Of a DNA stretch of 64,000 nucleotides, positions 19,166 to 30,422 are shown piece by piece. Origin of the DNA: Acidobacteriota bacterium (GTDB taxonomy: Bacteria > Acidobacteriota > UBA6911 > RPQK01 > JAJDTT01); the NCBI GenBank assembly GCA_965217775.1, contig CBDCJH010000002.1, forward strand, positions 1,920,001-1,984,000. Direction: 5' to 3'. Every line of letters begins with the position of its first letter. Position 1 is the first letter of the stretch. The position numbers and the translations under genes are program-made. Under the pieces are notes generated by a model. That model was given only the letters and a program-made list of their open reading frames with translations, did not search any database and was not told the DNA's origin.

Positions 19166-19472
19166 AGGTAATGCCCGTGCGATGGTGACGGATTGTCATC
19201 AACTAATGTACCAAGTCGTGACGTCCCAGAGTGTGCGGACAGCGCTCCTCCCCTCGTATGACGCGCCCCATGCGTCCTTGACGTGGGGGCGCTAATAGCG
19301 ACGACTGCCCGGGCGGACGGTGGTACCGCGTGGAGTCATGTGTACGAAAAAAGCAAGAGGTTGCGACGGTTCCAGTGCATCGGTACCTTGGTGCCATTAA
19401 TTTATGCGGTCCGGTTTTTCGGACCGATGACCGTCAGGTTAAACATCGGAAACACGACTGAAAGGGTACGAC

Positions 19473-20198
19473 ATGGTTGAATCACGAGACCTTGATAGAA
19501 ACGGATTCTCACTTGGCGTTCTGGTCATTGGATCGCTGTACTGGGAAAACAAACCTAAGCGTAAAAAATGGCGGCGAGAACGTCTCAATCTTAAACATAA
19601 GCGATACGTCTGGACACCGATTCGCTACGGACGCTGCTCGCAGACCCGTGGAAAGTCCTACACTATGGTTTTTTCTGCGGGTCTCAACAAAGCAAAATTC
19701 GGACGTGCAATCGTAATCCCATGTAACTCTCAGAACATAGTCGAGGAAGCCAGACACCTTTGGGCTGCTGAAGGCGGTAAGAATGGAATTTCGGCGTGTT
19801 GGGGATGTGTGGGACTCCTTCTAAACCCGAATTCTAAAGTGCCAGCTAAGCAGCTCCACAGCTGGTGCGAGCTTGTCGCAAATGAATCGTGCTACGGACA
19901 GCTTTCGTCTGCAAGAGATGAGCCCGTCGCGGTCAATAGTTGCGGTTTCTTAAATGTCCCCTGGCCGAAACCCGAGGGTGACTCAAATCTGGAGCTTGAC
20001 GCGCTGCTTGCGACCGCTACTAGCCCGAAGATTGTCAACGAATGCTATCCATCCGTCAAACGGATCGCGAAAGCGTGGGTTACCCCCCGGGGTAGGGAGC
20101 ACGTTGACTACTTCTGTAAGAACAGGGAAAGCGGTATACAGACCTTTCAGGACGACGATATCCTCAAACATCTTCGGGACTTTGGCCACGTGTATTGA
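19473..20198 (+). CDS. Hypothetical protein (241 aa), lower GC, Cys-rich
   Basis: Clean ORF; GVLVIGSLYW, PIRYGR..S..R...YTMVFS; family not identified. Confidence 0.7.
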   Translation: MVESRDLDRNGFSLGVLVIGSLYWENKPKRKKWRRERLNLKHKRYVWTPIRYGRCSQTRGKSYTMVFSAGLNKAKFGRAIVIPCNSQNIVEEARHLWAAEGGKNGISACWGCVGLLLNPNSKVPAKQLHSWCELVANESCYGQLSSARDEPVAVNSCGFLNVPWPKPEGDSNLELDALLATATSPKIVNECYPSVKRIAKAWVTPRGREHVDYFCKNRESGIQTFQDDDILKHLRDFGHVY

Positions 20199-20390
20199 CA
20201 CGGTCTCGGCACTTTTTGCATCGCGTTCACTATGACACTTACTTGAGCCCTCAGCGGTTCAGGTCATATCGTAACTCCCCCCGCCACTAGCGCTTGGCTT
20301 GGGAGTAGGTGCTTCGGTCAGTTGTGATCAGTGTGCAAGCGCGCGCGTCTGTCCGTCTGGAGGGTGAAATTTGTTCAAGGCGATTCCGTG

Positions 20391-21947
20391 TCAGGATCGG
20401 GAACTGGGCCGCCAAACGGTGAGTCCTGTGAGATCCCTGCCGTGCCGGCTTCCGATCAGGAGGCTGACGAAATAGGCCACTCCGAAGAGCAGCAGATTGG
20501 CGAACGCGCTCACCCAGTAGTTGTCGGGCACGTACGCGGACAGGCCAGGAAAGAGCTGCTTGCCGAAGGGAGTGTCCACAAACAACCAGGCGCCGACTGA
20601 GAGGACCGTGACCGCGGTGGCGGTCAGGGCAGCCCGGCTGTCCACGCGCAAGGTGACCATCCCCACGACGAACAAGCTGAAAAGACCCCCTCCGAGGATC
20701 GAGAGGAACATTCTGGAAAGATCGTCCAGAGTCTCGGAGACCCGATACAGATGGATCGTACAGGCGGCGGTGATCATCACCACGCTAAACAGCAGACTGA
20801 TCAGTCTTCCGACTTTCGCATAATGGCGGGGGTCCTTATCCTTGGCCCATAGTCTTCGGTAAAAGTCGGTGGTGACGGTAGCCGCCGTGGCGTTGATGCT
20901 CGAGTCCAAGGTCGACATGGCGGACGCGAGCAGTCCGGTCAACACCAGCCCGGCCAAGCCTGCGGGGAGTTGGGTCAGGATGAATCTTGGGAATATGGCG
21001 TCCGCTGGGAGTCCCTCCAGCCCGGTGTTCGGAACCACCTTCACGAAGACGTAAAGAGCGGTCCCCAGAAACACGAAGTAGGTCCAGGTCGGCACCGCCA
21101 GGCAGCAGCCGATGACGGCGCCCCGGGAGGCGTCTTTGTCGCTCTTGGCGGCTGCGTAGCGCTGGACGTTCGTCTGATCCGTACCCGTAATCTGCAGCAA
21201 GATCATGAGTTCGGCGACCACGTAGGCCCAGACGGTCTTCCCGTGGAGGGTGAGGCCGGTGCTGCCCAGATCGAACTTGTTGTCGGCCTCGGCTACCCGC
21301 AGCAACTCGGCAAAACCTCCGGGCAGTTGGGAAACGATGATGGGCAGACACAGGAGTCCTCCCCCGATGAGGGCGATTCCTTGAAAGACGTCCGTCCAGA
21401 TCACCGCCTGGAGCCCTCCCAGGATGGTGTAGGCGGAGACCAGGATTCCCGCGATGACGATGATCACGGGCAGCGAAGCCTCGTCCGTCCCCAGGATGGA
21501 CTGGATCGCCAGTGAGACCGCATAGAGCACCAGTCCGGTCCGAAAAAATTGGAAGAGCACGAAGGCGGCGGCCGCGTAGACCCGTGCCCACAGGCCGAAT
21601 CTGAGTTCCAGATACTCGTAGGCCGAGCGCACACGCGTCGCCCGGTAGAAGGGAATGAACAGATAGACGGCAACCAGGACCGCCGGAATGTAGGTGAAGA
21701 GGGAGAGGACATTGCGCCAATTGGCGTCTCCGAAGGCGAAAGCGGGAAGTCCGAGGAAGGTCAGGGAGCTGACGATGGTGGCCATCAAGGAGAAGCCCAC
21801 GACCCAGCCCGGCATGGATCTGCCCGCCAGGAAGTAGCCTTCATCCGTCTGGCTGCGGCGGGAGCAGCGGATTCCGATGAAGACCAGCAGCAGGAAACCG
21901 AGGCCGATGATGATCTGGTCGAGCAATCGGATGTTGAGTTCCGGCAT
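20391..21947 (-). CDS. Sodium:solute symporter (SSS family)
   Basis: GYFLAGRSMPGW, SAYEYLELRFG, GGLQAVIWTD, ASAMSTLDSSIN; many TM helices. Confidence 0.95.
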   Translation of the reverse strand: MPELNIRLLDQIIIGLGFLLLVFIGIRCSRRSQTDEGYFLAGRSMPGWVVGFSLMATIVSSLTFLGLPAFAFGDANWRNVLSLFTYIPAVLVAVYLFIPFYRATRVRSAYEYLELRFGLWARVYAAAAFVLFQFFRTGLVLYAVSLAIQSILGTDEASLPVIIVIAGILVSAYTILGGLQAVIWTDVFQGIALIGGGLLCLPIIVSQLPGGFAELLRVAEADNKFDLGSTGLTLHGKTVWAYVVAELMILLQITGTDQTNVQRYAAAKSDKDASRGAVIGCCLAVPTWTYFVFLGTALYVFVKVVPNTGLEGLPADAIFPRFILTQLPAGLAGLVLTGLLASAMSTLDSSINATAATVTTDFYRRLWAKDKDPRHYAKVGRLISLLFSVVMITAACTIHLYRVSETLDDLSRMFLSILGGGLFSLFVVGMVTLRVDSRAALTATAVTVLSVGAWLFVDTPFGKQLFPGLSAYVPDNYWVSAFANLLLFGVAYFVSLLIGSRHGRDLTGLTVWRPSSRS

Positions 21948-21955
21948 GGTTCAGC

Positions 21956-22054
21956 TAGGAGGAGCGACTCTCTTGTCGCCCACTCCGGTCTTGTCCGCTC
22001 CCGCCTCGGGGTTTCGTTACTCGGGAGTTCGGCGGCAAGAAAACCGCCGCTCCC
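21956..22054. repeat. REP-like palindrome doublet
   Basis: GGAGCGACTCTCTTGTCGCC...GGAGTTCGGCGGCAAGAAAACCGCCGCTCC; related to 50712-50775. Confidence 0.6.
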
Positions 22055-22093
22055 ATGCCTCCCCTATCTCCGATCTTGTAGGCGCAACCGTGG

Positions 22094-23593
22094 TCACTCT
22101 CCTCCGTGGGGCTGGAACCAGAATGCGTAAAGATCCGCCTCGCGCATGTGGAAACGCAGCCGTACGGCTCGGTCGCGCAACGAATCCAGTTGATAGGCCC
22201 GCTCCCAGCGGATCATCTGACGGAGCCCGTCGGAGCGGATCGGAACACAGTCTTCGGCGGAATAGCCGGGAAAAACGCCTCCGTCGGAGTCCAGGAGCTC
22301 AACCTTCAACTCCCCTTGGACGTCGGCATTCACGAACAACGATCCCCCCGGCAGGCGTAGAGCCTTGGTCATGACCGTTCCCGGTTCCCGAGTCGCCGAT
22401 AGGGAAACGAACCCATCCAGACGGAGTGTAGCCAAACCGATGGCCCGCTGCATCCGCTGCCCGTCTTCGATCCAACCTTGCTGCACCCGTTCCATGGCGT
22501 CCCGCCGATACGGATGATTCCACGCGCCGTAGTAGATCCGGATCTGGCCGTCACGGACGATGGGAGTGTTCAGGGAGACCATTTCAGAGTCCCACGTACC
22601 GGGTGCGCCGAGGGGGAACGCAACCCTCCCCGGGAAGATCCTCTTCCAATCGACGCCGTCCCGGCTGGTCACCAACTCGAAATGCGATTCCCGGTCCTTC
22701 CAGACCCAGAGCCAAGCGACGTAGTAGTGCTCGTAGATCAACGCCGGAAAGCCCTTGTAGTCCAGATCCTCCCGCTCCGGAGCCAGCACCAGCTCCGGCT
22801 CGGACCACCGGAGAAAGTCGTCGCTGGTGGCGCGGAAGATCGAGATCTGCGACTCCTGCGGGGAGGATCCGGGCGGATACATTCGGATGTAGACGACATA
22901 CGTCTCTGCGGTTGGGTCCCAGCCCAGCACGTTGGTCCCGTTGCCGCCCGGCCGCCAGGGCTTGCCGTCCACATTGCGTTTCCAGCGAATCCCGTCCGGC
23001 GAGGTGGCTTTGGTGATTCCGGCGAGTTGCCGGTAGTCGGTCCGTGGCCAATCGCCGACGACATCCGTATAGAGCATCTTGAAACGGCGCTGGGGGTCCG
23101 CGTCCCGCGGGTCCCGGATGACGTTGGGCCGGCGCATCCAATGCTGGCCCCAGGGGAGGATGTTGTTTCGGCGGGAGCCCGACCACTCCACCAACCCCAA
23201 ATTGGGTTTGGTCCATTGGACTCCGTCTTCGGAGAAGGCGTAGCAGACCTTGTACCTCAGACCACTCGGAACCGCGTCATCGAAGGTCGGGGAGAGGTAC
23301 CACATCTTGAACAGCCGGTCGTCATCGTCGTAGAGAACTCCGCGACCATTCAGGTAGACGGTCCATTTCTCCCAGGGATTGTCGCCGACGATCAGCGGAT
23401 TTCCCGGCCAGCGCTGAGGCTTCTTGAGAACTCGCGAGATGTTGTGGGTGGAATCGACGACCCAGTCGTCCAGGAATAGCTGTTTCTGCCAGCCAACCGT
23501 GAGCTCCGTTTGCTCCGGAGGCGCCGCGGACAGCCATGCCGTGGCCGTCAGGGCGGCAAGAAGCACCGAAAACGAGCTGTTTGATCCCATCAT
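22094..23593 (-). CDS. Secreted five-bladed beta-propeller glycoside hydrolase-like protein (GH32/43-like)
   Basis: Signal peptide; QLFLDD, FKMWY, SEDGVQWTKP, SRDGVDW, GLATLRLDGFVSL. Confidence 0.75.
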   Translation of the reverse strand: MMGSNSSFSVLLAALTATAWLSAAPPEQTELTVGWQKQLFLDDWVVDSTHNISRVLKKPQRWPGNPLIVGDNPWEKWTVYLNGRGVLYDDDDRLFKMWYLSPTFDDAVPSGLRYKVCYAFSEDGVQWTKPNLGLVEWSGSRRNNILPWGQHWMRRPNVIRDPRDADPQRRFKMLYTDVVGDWPRTDYRQLAGITKATSPDGIRWKRNVDGKPWRPGGNGTNVLGWDPTAETYVVYIRMYPPGSSPQESQISIFRATSDDFLRWSEPELVLAPEREDLDYKGFPALIYEHYYVAWLWVWKDRESHFELVTSRDGVDWKRIFPGRVAFPLGAPGTWDSEMVSLNTPIVRDGQIRIYYGAWNHPYRRDAMERVQQGWIEDGQRMQRAIGLATLRLDGFVSLSATREPGTVMTKALRLPGGSLFVNADVQGELKVELLDSDGGVFPGYSAEDCVPIRSDGLRQMIRWERAYQLDSLRDRAVRLRFHMREADLYAFWFQPHGGE

Positions 23594-23627
23594 GTTTTAC
23601 GCAAGGGTGTAAGCACTTTAGGTGTGA

Positions 23628-24800
23628 TCAAGATGCCGGCATCGCCTCGCTCAACTGCCGAGCCAATCCGACAAATGCTTTCTCCGCTGCTTCGATCGCG
23701 CCATCGTTGGTCGCAAACGCGAGAACGGTGTTCTTGGCAGGCAACAACATCAGCAAGGCGTACCAGAGCGTGTTACTGCCATTGTGCCAAAGCACCGGTC
23801 CGCCCGACCATTCCCGGTTGTATCGAACCCAACCCCACGCGTAGTTCTCGAGAAACGGCGTATGCAAACGTTCCCAACTCTCCTGCGGTAGCAAGGATGT
23901 TGCAGTCCCGCTATCTCCCTGGAGGTGGATGGAGCCGTAACGCGCCAAGTCCCGGATGCTCAGATGCAACCCGCCGGCCGGCGCCATTACCGGCGTATTG
24001 TCGGCGTGCGATTCGAATGGATCGATGGCGAACCGAAACCACAACAATCTCATATGACCGAGCGGTTCCTGGTTGGGCTTGTCGCCCTTCAGCGGACCGA
24101 ATCCAGCGCTCTTCAGTTCCAGTGGAGTGAACACCTTCTGCGCAATCAAGGTTTCGTACGGGACACCGGCGATGGTCTCGGCGATATGGCCGACAATGGT
24201 GTAACCGACGTTGGAATAAGAGTAGCGCTCCCCGCAGGGGGATTCCGGTTCCTCGGCCAGAATCTCCGCTATAAATCTGCGTCTCGTGGCGACGAGCTCT
24301 TCCGCGGTGTCGGGCCACACCTTCAGGACCTTCATCGGAAAGTTGGCGGGCGCGCCGGCGGTGTGGGTCAGCAGGTTTTGCAGTGTGCAGGGACGCCAGC
24401 CGGCGGCCATTTCGATATCGGGCAACAATTCGAGCATAGCGTTGTCGATGGATAGCATGCCTTCGTGTTCCAGAACCGCGATCAAAGTAGCCGTCATCGA
24501 CTTGGCTATCGAGCCGACGTGCCAGCGGTCGTTTACGGTCACCGGGATTCCGGTACTGCGACGGCGTTCGCCGTCGACGGTCACACCCTTAAACCGGCCA
24601 TCGGTCATCACGGCGGCCGCGACGCCTGTGAGACCCGCGTCCGATCGAAGCTGCCGCATGCTGGACTCCAGAACGGTTTGGAAGTCTCCGGCGGACCAGT
24701 CGACAGCAACCCCCTCTGAACTGGAGCACGCAGTCATTAACGCCATGATGACGGTCGTCAGGCCGGTGGTGACGAATAGGCAGAGGCGGCAGAGTCCCAT
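23628..24800 (-). CDS. Serine hydrolase, beta-lactamase class C / PBP family (lipoprotein)
   Basis: SIAK (SxxK), LLTHTAG, YSN, WHNG; lipobox LMTAC. Confidence 0.92.
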   Translation of the reverse strand: MGLCRLCLFVTTGLTTVIMALMTACSSSEGVAVDWSAGDFQTVLESSMRQLRSDAGLTGVAAAVMTDGRFKGVTVDGERRRSTGIPVTVNDRWHVGSIAKSMTATLIAVLEHEGMLSIDNAMLELLPDIEMAAGWRPCTLQNLLTHTAGAPANFPMKVLKVWPDTAEELVATRRRFIAEILAEEPESPCGERYSYSNVGYTIVGHIAETIAGVPYETLIAQKVFTPLELKSAGFGPLKGDKPNQEPLGHMRLLWFRFAIDPFESHADNTPVMAPAGGLHLSIRDLARYGSIHLQGDSGTATSLLPQESWERLHTPFLENYAWGWVRYNREWSGGPVLWHNGSNTLWYALLMLLPAKNTVLAFATNDGAIEAAEKAFVGLARQLSEAMPAS

Positions 24801-24852
24801 ATCTCCCTATAAACCGTTATTCTAGACGGAATCTCCCACGGGGTCGCTGGTC

Positions 24853-26514
24853 ATGAGAAACCTATCCCGGCAACGATTCATTCTCATCGCGATCGGCTTC
24901 CTGGCTCTGATTCTCTGCCTGTGGATCATTCGGGATGGACCAAAGGACGGCTCCTCGATTACCACGAATCGAACTCCGCAAACCACCAGTGACGATGGAG
25001 CACCGGATTCCGTCTCGATGCGCAATCAAGTCACCGAACGAGCGCGGGTCAGATTCGAAACGCCGGGGTCCACAAATCCGGAGGAAGTCCCGCCGAATCG
25101 ACGCAAGCTCCCACCGTCCGGCGGCTCGGAGAAACGACGGCCGGTGCAATCGACCATCGCCGGCATCGTCGCGAACAGCCAGGATGGAACTCCAATACCA
25201 GACGCACGCGTCAGGCTATCTGCGCTTGGCAGCGCGGAGGTACCGCTCGAAGCCTTCAGCGCTCACGACGGCAGGTTCCAAATGACCATCCACAATGCAG
25301 GGCGGTACATGCTCCATGCCGTGGCAGACGGCTTCCAGCCCTACTTCATCGACCGGCTGCTCATTACTCCCACGCAGGGAAGCCTGCAAAAGAACATCCT
25401 GATGACACCGGAGGTGGAACTTCGAGGCAGAGTCGTAGATCGCCACTCCCGAGGGATCGCCAAAGCGTCAGTATGGCTCCGAGAGGAGACCGAAAGAGGA
25501 TTCAGTCAGTCTTTCATGGCGCAGACCGAGGAATCAGGCTTTTTTCGGACGGACAGAGCGCCTCCTTCGGGGACTTACTTCGTCGAAGCCGCGCATCCTG
25601 AGTACGAACTCGATTCTCCCGTCCCAGTTACATTGCCCAGGGATGACGAGGTGGTCGTCACAATGCGTCGGGTGCCCGATACGCTGATGGCCTCCCTATC
25701 CGGTCACGTGCGGGATGCGAACGGACGTCCCATTCAAGGAGCAGAGGTAAGACTCAAGACAACTGAGTCATGGGGACCGCTATTGAACGGGTTGGGACAC
25801 TCGTCGACAGACCCGACGGGCCGCTTCTTTTTTCCCAGAGTTCGTCGGGGCAAGTATCAAGTCATGGCGTATGCAACAGGCTACGCCCGACAAATCTATG
25901 GGCGCGGGATTAAGGACGTGACGGTGGATTCAAACGGTGAAAACGAGATCGACCTGGTTCTGGAGAATCAGACGAGGGTTCACGGTGTCGTTCTCAACCC
26001 GGACGGTCTGCCTCTTGCCGACGCGCAAGTCAGGGTACGGTGGGAAATGGGATCAGGAAGTACAGCTATTGGTGTTGGTACATCCACTGACGGTACTTTC
26101 GACATTTCAGGAATTCCTCCTGGAAGACACCAGATACAGGCGACTCACAGCGACTACGTTTCCTATGAATCCGGTGTAGTAACGCCTACGGACGATTTCT
26201 TCACTATCACCCTGCATGCCGGACTATCTTTGACCGGTTACGTCGTGGATCAAAACAATGAACCAATAAGAGGATTCTCCCTTCGACTGTCCCCGGCAAC
26301 CGGCCAGCACTACGACAAGTTAGCGGACGTCTCCCCGGCGGACGGGTATTTCTCCGTCAAGGGTCTCTCTCCCCAGACGTACATTCTCTCTGTGGACCAG
26401 CCGAACGCAGACGGCCGGTTTACCCGATTCGAACTGCTGGAATCGACAAGCGTTACGATCATGCTAAATTTGTCAGACTCTGGCTCCCGCATTCGGGTCC
26501 GCAACTATTGGTAA
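24853..26514 (+). CDS. Membrane-anchored carboxypeptidase-regulatory-like (Cna-B type) repeat protein, paralog 1
   Basis: N-terminal TM; about five GxVxDxxGxPIxGAxV beta-sandwich repeats; ends in Trp. Confidence 0.85.
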   Translation: MRNLSRQRFILIAIGFLALILCLWIIRDGPKDGSSITTNRTPQTTSDDGAPDSVSMRNQVTERARVRFETPGSTNPEEVPPNRRKLPPSGGSEKRRPVQSTIAGIVANSQDGTPIPDARVRLSALGSAEVPLEAFSAHDGRFQMTIHNAGRYMLHAVADGFQPYFIDRLLITPTQGSLQKNILMTPEVELRGRVVDRHSRGIAKASVWLREETERGFSQSFMAQTEESGFFRTDRAPPSGTYFVEAAHPEYELDSPVPVTLPRDDEVVVTMRRVPDTLMASLSGHVRDANGRPIQGAEVRLKTTESWGPLLNGLGHSSTDPTGRFFFPRVRRGKYQVMAYATGYARQIYGRGIKDVTVDSNGENEIDLVLENQTRVHGVVLNPDGLPLADAQVRVRWEMGSGSTAIGVGTSTDGTFDISGIPPGRHQIQATHSDYVSYESGVVTPTDDFFTITLHAGLSLTGYVVDQNNEPIRGFSLRLSPATGQHYDKLADVSPADGYFSVKGLSPQTYILSVDQPNADGRFTRFELLESTSVTIMLNLSDSGSRIRVRNYW

Positions 26515-27755
26515 CCATCAGGGGCTACCGGCCGGCAACGTGCGGTTCGGGAGTTCGCCGACATCATGAGAAAGCCATCCCAGCCTCGGTTCATCCTCAT
26601 CGGGATCGGCATCTTGGCTCTGATCTTCTGCTTGTAGGTCATTTTGCATGGACCACGGGACGATTCCTCAAATACCGCCAATCTCACTCCCCAGACGACT
26701 CGTGACGATGGAGACCCGGATTCTGGCTCAGTGCGCAATAGAAACGCTGAACGAGCGCACGTCAGGCTCCAAGGGTCAAGATCGGCAGTCCCGGACGAAT
26801 CCGTTCCAAATCAAGGCAGGCCTCCGCAATCTATTGGCTCGAAGAAGCGACGGGCAGCGCAATCGACCATTGCCGGCATCGTCACGAACAGCCAGGATGG
26901 CGCTCCAATCCAAGGCGCACGCCTCAAGTTATCGCCGGTTGGCAGCGAGGACGTGCGGTCCGAAGCCGTCAGCGGTCACGACGGCAGTTTTCGGATGACC
27001 ATCCGCGACGCAGGGCGATACACGCTCCGTGCCCAAGCGGACGGCTTCCGCCCCTATTCCACCGACGGGATACTCATTACGCCTGCTGAGAGAAGCCTCC
27101 AAAAGAACATCCTGATGACACCGCGGTTGGAACTTCGGGGCAGAGTCGTAGACCGCCATTCTCGAGGTATTGCTGGAGCGCAGGTCCGGCTCCGAGAAGA
27201 GACCCCAGGGCGGTTCGGGCGGTTCAAATCTTGTTGTGGCGAGCAGAGTGACGAATCGGGCCGTTTTCTGGTTCCCAGACCACCGGTTTCCGGAACCTTC
27301 CTCGCCGAGGCTGCGCATCCTGAATACGAACTTGATTCTCGCGTTTCTGTGACATTGCCCAAGGATGACGAGGTGGTCATCACGATGCGCCGGGTGCCGG
27401 AACCGCTATTGGCATCGATATCCGGTCACGTCTGGGATGCGAAAGGACATCCTATACACGGGGCAAGTGTCGGATTAATTGAACGTGAACAAGACAGTCG
27501 CGTTTCGAACTATCTTGGAGACTCGTCGACAGACCCGACGGGCCTCTTTTTCTTCCCCCGAGTTCGTTGGGGTACATATTCGATCCGTGCGGACGCCGAA
27601 GGCTACGCGGAACCAAGTTATGGCCAAGGGAGCAAGGAGATAGTAGTTGAATCAAGTCAGGAATATGAAATCGATCTGGTTCTGAAAAGTCAGACCACAG
27701 TTCAAGGGGTCGTTGTCGACACGGCAGGTCAGCCCCTTGCCAAAGCAGGTGTACT

Positions 27756-29752
27756 CCCAGATTATTCATCACGCAAACATAAAATGAGCAAGCGTGTCCG
27801 TCATGTCGAGTCGGATCAGAGGGTTACCGGATACCCACAGAAAACGGCTGAGACCCGACCTGGGTGAAACGCTATCTTTGTTTTCAACGTCAGTTTAAAC
27901 CCAGGATTCAAGTGGGTCCGAAACGCAAGCAGTTCCACGGTTTTCATCCCCTCCAAGGGCGGCGAAAAGAGGTGGCGTGCCCGTCATTTGTGGTATGATT
28001 ATGGTGTTGCTAAAACAACCACAAAGAACGGAGCACGCCATGCCTGAGACGATACCGCAGATCCGACCCTCATTCAACCGATCCCTCCGCCTCGAGACCC
28101 GCCCCGAGTCGCTCAGTGCGGACACGGGAGCCCTGGTGCAGCGGGAGATGATGGATCGTAGCGGCCTCATCGATTGGTTGACCGAGCGGTTGCACGATCC
28201 GCGACACCCGAGTTCGATCCGCTATCCGCTGTCGGATCTGCTGCGGACTCGACTCCTGCTGTTGGGGCAGGGCTGGCGCGACCAGTCCGACGCCGACCGC
28301 CTGCGTCACGATCCGAGCTTGCGGGTGGCGAGCCAGACCCGTCGGGGCACGGCGGCCTTGGAGGAGGGCCAGGGGCTGGCGTCACAGCCGACCTTGTCCC
28401 GACTGCTGGACACGCTCAGCCGGGAGGAGAACCTTCCGGTCCTGCACCAGGCGGTGACCGAGCTGGCGTGCCGTCGGATCGAGATGATCGAAGGCCGGCG
28501 GCGAAAACGGGGGAAAAAGACCCCACGGAAGAAGAGACGGAAAAAGACGATGTACCTGGACGTGGACGGTCTCCCGGTGGAGGTCCATGGGCATCCCCTG
28601 GGAAGCGAGTGGAACGGATACTATCGCCAGCGGATGTACCACGGGTTGGTGGCGAGTTGTGCCGAGACGGGGGACCTGATCGACGGGGAGATTTTTCCGG
28701 GAGCCAGCTACCTGGGAAAGAAGGCGCTGAAGTTGACGCTCCGGGTGGTGGACCACTGTCGGGGGCGTCTGTGCGGCTCAATGATCGTGCGGATGGATGC
28801 GGGGTTCCCGGAGCCGGGGCTGCTGAAGGGGCTGGAGTCGAGAAGCGTGCCCTATATCGCTCGAATCCGCAAGAATGAGGTCCTGAACCGGATGGCGAAG
28901 CCCTACTTGACCCAACCGGCGGGGCGATCCCCGGATGCACCACCGAGGCTCTGGTTCCATGAGCTGACCTACCAGGCGGAGAGCTGGGATCGGGCGCGCC
29001 GGGTGGTGCTGGTGGTGCGGGAGCGACCGGGGGAGTTGTATCCGGATCATTTCTGGTTGCTGACGAGCCTGAGCCGGAAGCGTTATGAGGCGGAAGCGTT
29101 GCTGGCAAAGTATCGCAAGCGGGGGAAGGCGGAAGGGCACATGGGGGAGTTGATGGACGTGCTCGATCCGGCCTTGTCCTCCGCGAGCCGGCCCAAGACA
29201 CACTATCGGGGCAAACCACTGAAGCCGGGAGCCAAGCCGGAAGCGACGACGGAGGCCGGGGTTCGACCCCACAACGAAGTCTTGTTCCTGCTGAATCTGC
29301 TGGGGTACGAGATCCTGCACCTGGGTCGGGTGCTGATGGAGCAGGCGACGCGTCGGGGCTGGAGTCTGCGTCGTTTTCGCGAGCGGGTGTTGCGAGTGGC
29401 GTCTCGGGCGCTGCGCCAGGGGAGGCGATTGATTTTCGTCATCAGTCAAGGGGCGACGGACTGGAAGCGGTTGTGGAAGAGACTGGCGCGGGTGTCCTGG
29501 GCGCCGGGATAGTGGACGGAGGAGGAATCGGGCCCATGGAAGGGACCGAAACGGTGGGGATTTCTCACCGGAAAGTCAACCTGTCGGCGGATGACGGTCC
29601 CCCTGGCCGGAAAACGGTTTATGACTGGTTCAATCGTCTTGTTTTTGAGCCGATTCAGTCGAATCGACAGAGGTTCAACAGAAACCGGGCTCCGACCGCA
29701 CGAAAACGCCGGGTTGGAAGCCCTTATCAACATGTCCCATGAATAATCTGGG
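27756..29752 (+). mobile_element. IS1380-family insertion sequence, copy 1 (1997 bp)
   Basis: 14-bp TIR CCCAGATTATTCAT / ATGAATAATCTGGG; 5-bp target duplication GTACT. Confidence 0.95.
28040..29512 (+). CDS. IS1380-family DDE transposase
   Basis: LSADTG, LASQPTLSR, YLDVD, VRMDAGF, YRKRGKAE. Confidence 0.92.
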   Translation: MPETIPQIRPSFNRSLRLETRPESLSADTGALVQREMMDRSGLIDWLTERLHDPRHPSSIRYPLSDLLRTRLLLLGQGWRDQSDADRLRHDPSLRVASQTRRGTAALEEGQGLASQPTLSRLLDTLSREENLPVLHQAVTELACRRIEMIEGRRRKRGKKTPRKKRRKKTMYLDVDGLPVEVHGHPLGSEWNGYYRQRMYHGLVASCAETGDLIDGEIFPGASYLGKKALKLTLRVVDHCRGRLCGSMIVRMDAGFPEPGLLKGLESRSVPYIARIRKNEVLNRMAKPYLTQPAGRSPDAPPRLWFHELTYQAESWDRARRVVLVVRERPGELYPDHFWLLTSLSRKRYEAEALLAKYRKRGKAEGHMGELMDVLDPALSSASRPKTHYRGKPLKPGAKPEATTEAGVRPHNEVLFLLNLLGYEILHLGRVLMEQATRRGWSLRRFRERVLRVASRALRQGRRLIFVISQGATDWKRLWKRLARVSWAPG

Positions 29753-30287
29753 GTACTAGCAATTTTCGAAAGGGGAACGGGAAGAACAGGTAGGGGTATT
29801 TTTACTCCCTCCGACGGCACTTTCAATATTCCGGAAGTTCCCCCTGGCAAACATTGGATACAGGTGACTCATCGCGATCACGTTACCCATGAATTCGAAT
29901 TGGTGACGCCTACAGATGAATTTCTCACCGTCACCCTGCAGCCGGGACTCTCATTGACCGGCAACGTCACGGATCAAAATAATGAACAGATAAGAGAATT
30001 CTCCCTTCGACTGTCCCCGGCCGGCCGCCAACACGACGTACCTGCCTCCCCATTCGACTCTAAGACGGCAGACATCTCCCCATCGGACGGATTTTTCCGC
30101 GTCAGCGGTCTGGCGCCCCAGACACACATCCTCTCTGTGAGCCTGCCGAACGTGGAGAGCTTGGAAACTCGTCTCGAACTCTTGGAATCGACAAACGTCA
30201 CCATCGTGCTCAACCCGGCAGACTCGGACTCACCGCTCCAGATCCGCAAATCCTGGTAGACATCGGGATCCACAGGACGGTAACCCG

Positions 30288-30422
30288 CGGTAATACGACT
30301 CGTCGTGAGACACCGGACGTCCTTGGCTTCCTTGCCCTGGGCCGTCCGCCGTCGCTACACTTTCCGGCAGAGATGGAGTGCCCGCGGGTTCGAAATCGGC
30401 TTCAGCCATGAAAGTTCTTTCG
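30288..30422 (+). repeat. 135-bp direct repeat, identical to 37863-37997, inside a ~530-bp diverged duplication
   Basis: Direct comparison by eye; covers the intergenic region and first codons of the PSD1 gene. Confidence 0.85.

Larger units (their letters stand above)
26566..30259 (+). pseudogene. Paralog 2 of the carboxypeptidase-regulatory-like protein, inactivated by TAG (26635) and an IS1380 insertion
   Basis: MRKPSQPRFILIGIG aligns with paralog 1, TGG to TAG; removing the IS and one GTACT restores AGVLAIFERG...RKSW. Confidence 0.9.

Noticed and set aside
28495-28548. Basic transposase insert as a nuclear localisation signal
   Set aside because: No export signal; a DNA-binding or low-complexity loop is the simpler explanation
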